A stretch of DNA of 64,000 nt. It comes from Guillardia theta CCMP2712 (lineage: Eukaryota; Protista; Cryptophyta). Below the pieces are notes generated by a model. That model did not search any database. It was not told where the DNA came from and saw only the letters and a program-made list of their open reading frames with translations. Of this stretch, positions 55,704 through 64,000 are shown in pieces; position 1 is the first letter of the stretch; each line of letters begins with the position of its first letter. The translations under genes were made by a program, and so were the position numbers. The DNA lies in assembly GCF_000315625.1 (NCBI RefSeq), contig NW_005434625.1:451726-515725 (forward strand), given 5' to 3'.

Positions 55704-58700
55704 AGAGGGAAGGGAAGGCCAAGAGTGATGAAGAAGGAAGAAACCTGCTCCCTGTTGTATACCACTCGTGCGTATCGCTATCTTCAGCTACAATCATCAT
55801 CAGTCCTGATTAACTCCTGTCTCCCACCACCTGCTTCCTGCTTTTCTGCATCCTCTGCATTCTCTTCAACCTTTGCAGTTGCATCCTTCTGGTTGAAAAG
55901 CTCAACAGCCTTCAGCACCTGCATTGCGATCAGAAACTGGCAGAGCGATCGGCTTCGTGACTTTGACCTGTGACTCCTCGAGGTGTTCTGTTCCGAACCC
56001 GTCCTCGTACTTGACCGTCCACAAGGGAGACTTGCTCCTTCCCTCCCCCCCGAAGTCCGTCGGCTTCGCTTCCTTCCTTACCGGTCCAGCGACGATCCCA
56101 TCCACCGATTGCTCTCCGTGCGAGGTAGCGAAGAACTTCCTCACTCTCTGACCAGTCAGATCTGCGCGCTCCTCCTCTTTCTCTTGGCCGTTGGGCTTCA
56201 CGATGGTGTCGGTATGGTACACCTCGATCGCTTCCTCCAGCTCGGACAGCTCGAGGTCTTCCTCCCCGATATCCTGCAGCTCTCAAAGTGACGAGCAGCA
56301 AAGGTCAGCGCTGCCCGACTTACCTCGTCGTCGTACTTTACCCTCCACAGCGCTCGGGGGTCGCTCGGGTCGTCGTTGCGGAAGTAGTTTGAGACTGTGG
56401 CAGGCAGCCAGCCTCGTACAGTCCCGTCGACCTTGCGAGCCTTCTCCTTTCCCTCGAGCACCACTATCCTCCGCACCCTCTTCCCGATGTGCTTGCATCC
56501 AAACGTGAACCAGTCCTCCGTCCCGTCCTCCGGCCGCTTCCCCTCCGCCAGCTCGTGGATCATGATGGCCTCCTTCACCTGGAACTCGTTGAGGTAGTCA
56601 AACTCCAGCTCTTTCCGGTCGTAAACGACTTTCCACAAGCATGAAGAGCATTTCTTCCGCTTCCCAAGACGACAGAAGTCGCTCTGCAGCCACTCAGCCA
56701 CGTAGCCGTCAGCCTGCCCCTGATCCACTCCGAGCTTGACAAACCCTTTCCTTCTGATCCTTCGACCCACATACAGGTCACCGTTGTGAGCAAAACTATC
56801 CGCCCTCGCGTCAGGCAACTTCAGAAAAGCTTCGATCGCCTGCTTCGCCTCTTCCTCCTTCAAATCTTCGCACCCGATCTCAGGAATGTCGTAAACGACT
56901 CGGAACATCCTGGCGCCCTGACTGTCTGCGGAAGTGTCGGAGTACGAGATGCATTGCTTGATGGTACCGTCCGCAAAACCCAGCGGCTTCTCATTCTCAT
57001 CCAACACAGCCCGCCGCACCCTCATACCAACCCACTCGTGCTTTTCGGAGTCATCCGCATCACTGAGAATCTTCTTGTCGATGAACTCCTTCACAGACGA
57101 AGGCGACGACGCTAATCTATACGCCATGATCCCTTCCAAGACCTCCCGGAACTCGAGGTCTTCCGCCAGCTCCCCCTCATCGTATCGAATCCTCCATAGA
57201 GCTGCTGGCTTTCCCGTGTGGGAATCACGAAATCCGGAGAGTTTCGATGGCAGAACTCCGACGATCTTTCCCTCGATCGTCTTGTAGGAGGAGGAAGCCT
57301 CGTGGAAGACCCTCCTTCGGATCCGATCCCCCAAGGATTCTGCTGGGAGGGGAAAGAAGTCAGAGTCATCCGCAACGGCTCCATCGCCACCCCCGGGCGA
57401 ATTGACAGCATCCAGCATTTCTGTGGCCCTGTCATCATCGCTGGACTTGTCTTTCGGGACGAGTCGCTTCTTCAACTTGGGGTATTCGCTGCCTTTCATC
57501 TCCCCCTTGGGCTCCTGTGACCTGGTCGTTTGCTTGAATTTGTCAACATTAACATCTATCGCTGTCCTGCCGTTGAGTATGTGCTGTCTCAATGTGACCA
57601 GTCGATCTCTGCTCGTCTCTGCCCGCAACGGGGAATGATACACCTTGACGGTTCTTCCATCACTCAGCGTCTTGAGATGATACTCGGGCTGCTTCATCTT
57701 GCACGATTCTCCTATCTGCTTCTCTTGAAAGACGAACTTCGTGCGAGGAAGCGACATGCTTTCCTTGAGCTGCCTGTTCCTGCACAGGAGCTCACCGTGC
57801 AGACTCTGCGCGTCTCTGCAGGATTCCTCCAGGGAGGTCTTCCTAGCCTTCAGCTGCTGGATTATGTCAACAAGGGAATCCAAAGTGTCCCTCCCGCTCT
57901 CCTCCTCCCCCTCGCAGCGCCGCGTGAGAGTTTCAAAGAGCGATCGGACCCCGGGCTGGCTCCCATCATACAGCTCCGTGGTAGCCATGCTCATCTGGAC
58001 CCTTAGGAATGGGGCGACGAGCTGGCTGACCTGCTGCTTGTGGGCTCCCTGCTCGGCACTCTTGTGGAACTTCCGCATTAGAGCAGTGAGGGAGTCAAAG
58101 CTCTCTCCCTCGGGGGAGTTGAAGGACGTGGCAGGCAAGGGGCCACCTGGGCTGAAGATGGGGTTGTCAACCCTGAGATCCCAGCCGGGCGGCAGCTGGT
58201 CCATTGCCTTCTTGTCAACCGTAAGCGCGAATCTCTGGGCGTCGAACGAAGCCACCAGCTCAAGGCACCGACTGTCCACCTGCGAGTCATGAGACTCCAA
58301 GGTCGGGGGCCGGCGAGAGGTGGAGGAGAGTCGTTGAGGTCTAGTGACCTTGGGCGGCTCCCTCCTGGCTCCTTTCCTCTCCAGCATGGCGTTCCACATC
58401 TGCCTCATGGTCTCGTGCCAGGCGTCGAAGTCAGTGCACATGGAAGGCTCAGAGGACTCCAGAGCCTTCCACCTTTCCTGCACCTTAGGTTTGGGTTGAG
58501 GAGTGTGCCCAGAGGGGACCGAGTCAAAGACGCAGCCCGCGGGCGGGCAGCGCGATGTTTTCTTGTCCACGAAGGCGGCCTCATCCTCCGAGGAGAAGCA
58601 ACAGTCATCCAGCTCGTCCTCCATGGCCATGGCCTTGGCGATCGCTCTCACCTCAACCCTGCGGTACTTGCGGTGTTGAACACATTCCAGCACGCGCTCG

Positions 58701-61258
58701 CTGACTTGGGCCCCGGCCTCCTTCAGCCATTCATCCTTCACCTCAGAATTGGAGTGCAGGTAGCGCATCGAGCTGCTCATCGTGTCCGCCTCGCCCGTCT
58801 CGTCGTGCCCAAAGATGGAGGAGAAGGAGGAGGTGAGGGGGTAGGGGTAGGGGCTGAAAACCAGCTCCTCGTCTATCGCTGTCCGCATGCTCTCCTTGAA
58901 ATCGTTCTCGCTGAAGTGGAAGACGTGCTCCTCCGACGGGTCCCAGACGGCTCGGCAGTAGTACTCCCCCGACCGCAGGTACTTGTGCGGGTCGATCGGG
59001 TTCCCCTCGGTGAAGTACACGGTGACCAGCCCGAGAACGGTGTTGCGGTGAACGTCCTTATCCATGTGCAAAGAGAAGAAAACTTCGTGCTCTGCATTCC
59101 AAGCTGGTTTGGTGTAGGCTACATCATGGTCGGGAACGTGCCGTCTGCACAAAATCAACATCACCGACAACGTGAGGGGGAGGAAAGGAGCTTACTTTCG
59201 GTAGTGGTAGAGGGCACTCCTGTTTGTCTTCTGCACCTCCTCGCACTTGTAGAGCCACCTGACATGAAGGAAGTCGCTCTTCCTGTCGTACGCGAGGAGC
59301 TGTGCTATGAACGGAGTATCTGAACCCTCCGAATTGAGGATCACACAGTCCCCTTCACAGTACAAGTTCGGCCCATCTCTGAACAGAGGGATCATCTCGC
59401 GCTTGTTGGACCCTTCGCTCTCTTGGCTCCGTCCCGACGACCCTGGAGCTGACGCCTGACATCTTTTCTCACCCCCCTTCTGGAACTCCTGGACTTCTTT
59501 CTCTACCTTCTTCTTCAACTGACTTGTCTTCCGTCCCAACACGTTGGAGAATTCCTCAAACTCATGGAATTTTGCCAGGAAAGAAGCTGAAGTCTGGCCG
59601 ACATTGCTCTGATCCACCACATTCAAATCCCTTGAGTACATCTCCACTAACGTGTCGGAGTATGAGAAATCATTTTGAGGAAGCGACTCGATCAAACACA
59701 AGATTTTGTCCACCTGCTCCTCTAAAGATTTCCCGTCCTTTGTGAGCTTCCGAGACTTGTTCACACATGACTGAAGGAGGAAGTTCGTATCGGGCATACC
59801 ATCGTTCCAGCTCTCATCCTCTAGCACAGACTCGTCCAGTACTGCGTCAGTCTCGTTGTCAGCCTCATGGACGGCGCCATGGAAGCGAAACAGAAGACGG
59901 AAATAGTGGAACTTCAGCGTCCCGCTGGCGCTCTCCGGAAGGTTCATAATCCTGCACACCTCTCGCCACCTTCGGTTCTTCGTCACTTCGTCCATCCCCC
60001 CCATGTTCGTCACGATCCCATGAAGCTGGAAGATGTCCAGTTTCCTGCCAGCCATGTAGGGGACGACGCTGCTTTGTCCGGACACCTTCATGTGATCTCT
60101 CCACTGCTGCAACCATTCTTGGCGCTCTGGGGTCAACTCTGTTTCCGCATCCTCTTGGGGCTGGATCCTTGTGCATCGCTTGACCTTGTGCTCAGCAGCA
60201 TTCGAATCTTGATCCATGCTGCTGCTGCCATGGTTCTCGTCCTTCAACTTCTGCGGGCTAAATCCCGGCCCTTCGTCGCCATCCTCCTTTTCGTTCTTGC
60301 AGTTCTACGAGTTGAAGTGACTCCAACGACCTTTCGATCAAAACAATCGCGCATACCCGGTGTTTCAATTCTAAGTCATACAAGTATCGCCAATAAAATC
60401 GTTTCATTCTATGAACTGTGGATCTAGAGAGAGCTTTCAGCACGTCGTCATCGTCCAACAGTGCTCACCTGAAATTCTCGTTGTTCGTACCAGTCTGAAT
60501 GGAACTCACAACCTATTATCCATCCGCAAACAGATCAGAACAAAACATTCTCTGGACCACCGCAACAAAGGAGCACAAGACTTACTTGCTTCATCACCTT
60601 TTTTTTCAGGCACTGGAAAGCCAGGCATCAAGTCAGGGAACGAAATGATTCCTGAGAAGATGACTCACCATCTTAATCCCACCATGTTTCAGAACTTCCT
60701 GGAAGAGGAGAATGGGCCTTACAGGTTTCCCACACAACCCCGGTATCTTCAGCGGGTGGGGGATCCCCTTCTTGTCGAGGAAGTCTAGCCAATTTTTCTC
60801 CCATTCCTGATCCTCTTGAACGATCTCTCGATGAGCAGCAAGCACCTCATCGTGATGATCTTCCTCCTCGTTCTCGTTGTTGTCGATCCCTCCCACCCCA
60901 GCGACCATCGTTATAGGCTGATCCACTTGGTGCAGCGTGCTTGCCTCTCCCACTTTGGCACCTGGGGAACATGTTACTGGCAGGACTTGCAAGAGCCTTG
61001 TGACAAGGCGTCTGCTCTGCGGAGGATGCATGCTATTTACCGGAGTCTTGTGGACTACTCGAGCCTTTCAGCTCCGCTTCTTCTCCCCGCACCCCAGGAT
61101 CTCTCGCACTTGACCCGTCCCCGCTCATTGCGTCGCAGGAGGATCAATCCAACTCTGCGCAAGCCTTCATGGTTGCTGCCCTCTAGCTCATCTAGGTGCC
61201 CTCCTTCACCATAGTCAGCTCGATGAGACCGCAGCAATCTAACATCAGCAAGCTTCAT
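55026..61258 (-). CDS. large chromatin-reader protein: 2x ARID, BAH, MBD-like, 6 Tudor-like repeats (start approximate)
   Basis: ARID: PGLCGKPVRPILLFQEVLKHGG and PYMAGRKLDIFQLHGIVTNMGG..RRWREV..LKFHYFRLL. BAH: EGDCVILNSEG..PFIAQL..VRWLY..EVFFS. MBD-like: LPPGW..SPEGESFDS. Repeats: G-x-R-(I/V)-R-R...LW-x-V-x-YD...EDL. Confidence 0.75.
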
Positions 61259-61371
61259 CGATGAACCAATTCACACGAACACAGTCAAAGCTCATATTAG
61301 CCCCATTCAACGTGCGGAATGGAGACAGCAGACTTGACCACCCAGGCAAGCCAATCATCTCCTCCTCATTT

Positions 61372-61481
61372 CCATTCCATGATCATTCTATTTCTATTCC
61401 CATTCCATGATCATTCTATCTCTATTCCCATTCCATGATCATTCTATCTCTATTCCCATTCCATGATCATTCTATCTCTAT
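61372..61481. repeat. 28-bp minisatellite, ~4 copies
   Basis: Unit ccattccatgatcattctatctctattc. Confidence 0.95.
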
Positions 61482-62489
61482 CATCTTCTGCGGCCTTACT
61501 CTACACCCCCGCATCCCTTCACCCTGTTTGCCCTGCTGTGATGCAGATGACTACTTCCTCCCTTCTCAACCCTGCAAACCTTAACGTGTAGACCTGTCTC
61601 TGCCTACACGCCTTCCTGCCTGTTTCTGTCTTCTCTTCCTTGACTCCTTAACTTCTCCTGATGTTTCTCTCATCAACCCCCTCGATCCTTGTCCTTCCTC
61701 ATCCTCTGACAAGAATCGTCTTCGTGACCTGCCTCGTTCTCGCACTTCCTCCATCCACGACTCCTCCCTGCTCGCCCCGAACTGTGGCAAGTCATCCTGC
61801 TCATTCTCCCGCCTATCACTTCCAACACCGTTCTCCTCCTTCCTTGCCCCATCTGCCATCTCCCGGCATCGCCATTCCTCCCCCTACTGCCCATGGTAGG
61901 ATCTGCATAGAGGGCAAGGGTTCAGAGGTTTTGCTGCCTAGTTCAGGAGGGGTGGGGGCATAAAAACTTGGGAAAACTACCCCTACTTTTGAAGGTAATA
62001 CTACCCCTATTTGAGATGTAGATATGGGGTAGTAATACCACAAAATCCACCAAGTCTGCCTCAGAGAATTTGATGATGACAGGCAGGGTAGGGTTAGGTG
62101 GTGAGAAACTCTGGGGTGGTGGCAGTGAATTTATCGAAACATTCACGGAGAATAGGGGTAACGATGTGGTATTAAACGGGGTGGGGGTACAGATCACAAA
62201 AGAGGAATGGGGGGTGGGGTATAATTTTCCGGGGTGGTACATCGGAGGGTGGTAGGAGCAAAATAGTTTCAGCGCCGGTTCAGGATATGGGCAGGCGGAA
62301 CAAGATCAGGCGGAGGAGGAGGAGGAGGAGGAAGCGGGGAAGAAGATAGATGATGGGGAGATAGATGAACGGAAGTCGAGAGAAGGAGAAAGAGATGGAG
62401 AGAAAGAAGGAGAGTACAAGGATGCCGAAGCAGTGAATGAACATTAGATGTTGGAAATGCAATTTTAATGGGTTGTAGCTATGATAGCC

Positions 62490-62549
62490 ACAAGACATAC
62501 ATGTGTGCATGATGGAACGTACAAGACATACATGTGTGCATGATGGAAC
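62490..62549. repeat. 31-bp tandem duplication
   Basis: acaagacatacatgtgtgcatgatggaac occurs twice. Confidence 0.9.
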
Positions 62550-62724
62550 TTATGTACATCACTTGGTTCTTGTTGGATTTGAACCGTTCTCTTCGTTTTC
62601 TCACTCTGATTCATTTCAGCCGTTCGGCAGCAAGTGGTCAACCAGAGATGGTCATAATTTCACGATGATGGACTATCAATTGTTCCCTTCCACCGATTAG
62701 TCCTCGCAAACGCTGCTTCCAGGC

Positions 62725-64000
62725 ATGACAGTGAAAGCGCTACTTGCGATCGCCAGCATTGCGGTAACATGGATACCCGCTCCATCGACAGCGCAGGGGT
62801 CTCCTGGACTTTGCTGCAAAGACGCTACTGATTGTTTCCGCCCTGGAGACTGGCGGCAGATTTTTCAATGCCCTGCATCCCATTGGAACAAGCACATGCC
62901 CCATCCCCCCTGGGAGTGGTACAAGCTTACGAATGCTTCGGGTGCTCAAAAGATCTGCTCAGGAGGCTCGAAGGAGTGGCACGCGTGTGTTGCAGACTCC
63001 GAGTGTCCGGGAGGGACATGCTCCATCGTCCCCCTCCCGGCCGACAAGTACGTGCACGAGTATATGTCCTGCTGCATGCAATGCGTGTGGAACTTGCAAT
63101 ATCCGATCGGAGATCCGATCCAAGTGACGTCAGGGCCCCTCCTGAATGAAACCAGCGAGCTCGGCGTCATCCCCAAGTACCTCAACTGCTCAGTCTTCCC
63201 GGACGAGTTCCGCCAGCTGGACTCCAGCAGCGCCGGGCACCCGGCTGGCTACCTGTCGATGAGCGAGTTGGAGCAGGGCTTCTTTTCTCAGATCCCGAAC
63301 AAGCAGATGATTGACGCCAACTTCCTCAACGCGTCCGTGATGTTTGCGATCGCAGATCTCAACAAGGACGGGCTGTTGAGCTACGAGGAGTATGTCATCC
63401 TCAGGCACTTCTGGACTCCATTCCTCCTCTCCAGCACGGCTCCAGCACCCATCGACAACGAGAACACCCTCGCCATGGGCCCCCTCGGAGGAGTCTTCGT
63501 TGACAACAGCACGGTCAGTGTGTGGGTTGTGACAGCCAACAACCTTCTCCTTCGCCTGTACATCGCCAACGGCTGGTCGTCTGCAAGGACCAGACAACCG
63601 CAACCAGGCGAGGAGCTGTTTTATCAGCAGAACGCTGACCTGGATGGCTCCACCCGAATCTCTTTGGAGGAGCACTACTTCAGGGTGTTTGCAGACATCA
63701 ACGGAAATGGAGTGTTGGAGCGCTGGGAGTACAACCTATCGCTCTATGACAAGAGCACGTCGGCTGGGGGCAACTTTCAAGGATGGGCGTCGTGGGCGGA
63801 TCACGACCTCAACGACGATGGAGTGGTCACCTTCATCGAGAGGAAGCGGATCTTTGCAGACAGGAATGCGGACAACTTCATCAATCTCACGGAGTGGAAG
63901 CTCGCGGACTTTCCCACCGCATACGGTCCTTATCAAGGTCACAAAGGGAGCAACGGGATGATTGGAAAGGAGCAGTACGCGTTTTACTCGCTCTATCACT
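62725..64000 (+). CDS. secreted Cys-rich multi-EF-hand protein (runs off the window; absent from the ORF track)
   Basis: Open frame from ATG 62725: MTVKALLAIASIAVTW signal peptide, CSGGSKEWHACVADSECPGGTC, EF-hand loops DLNKDGLLSYEE, DLDGSTRISLEE, DINGNGVLERWE, DLNDDGVVTFIE, DRNADNFINLTE. Confidence 0.8.
   Translation, partial: MTVKALLAIASIAVTWIPAPSTAQGSPGLCCKDATDCFRPGDWRQIFQCPASHWNKHMPHPPWEWYKLTNASGAQKICSGGSKEWHACVADSECPGGTCSIVPLPADKYVHEYMSCCMQCVWNLQYPIGDPIQVTSGPLLNETSELGVIPKYLNCSVFPDEFRQLDSSSAGHPAGYLSMSELEQGFFSQIPNKQMIDANFLNASVMFAIADLNKDGLLSYEEYVILRHFWTPFLLSSTAPAPIDNENTLAMGPLGGVFVDNSTVSVWVVTANNLLLRLYIANGWSSARTRQPQPGEELFYQQNADLDGSTRISLEEHYFRVFADINGNGVLERWEYNLSLYDKSTSAGGNFQGWASWADHDLNDDGVVTFIERKRIFADRNADNFINLTEWKLADFPTAYGPYQGHKGSNGMIGKEQYAFYSLYH

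Noticed and set aside
61372-61481. 28-bp repeats as a possible CRISPR array
   Set aside because: Head-to-tail with no spacers, eukaryotic context and no cas genes.

Overview
Eukaryotic nuclear DNA: gene-dense, with many ~40-60 nt GT-AG (some GC-AG) introns, CT/GA low-complexity introns and two N gaps. Bipartite plastid-targeting presequences suggest an alga with a secondary red plastid, probably a cryptophyte such as Guillardia (inference). Housekeeping genes: alpha/beta hydrolase, tubulin cofactor D, plastid IF-1, RPL18a, PARP1, PAP/fibrillin, SFI1-like and coiled-coil proteins. The most notable content is (1) a TIR-SAM-multiTM-RelA/SpoT-like nucleotidyltransferase fusion; (2) a SLOG-SLATT-SLATT protein resembling bacterial nucleotide-gated effectors, near PARP1; (3) a circularly permuted, terminally redundant partial PARP1 copy; (4) a catalytically degenerate, apparently domesticated Crypton tyrosine recombinase; (5) two convergent paralogues with FG-hexapeptide repeats; (6) an ARID-ARID-BAH-MBD-like-6xTudor-like chromatin reader; and (7) a recurrent ~30-bp intergenic element associated with GC-rich islands. 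All domain calls come from motif recognition by eye; no searches were run.
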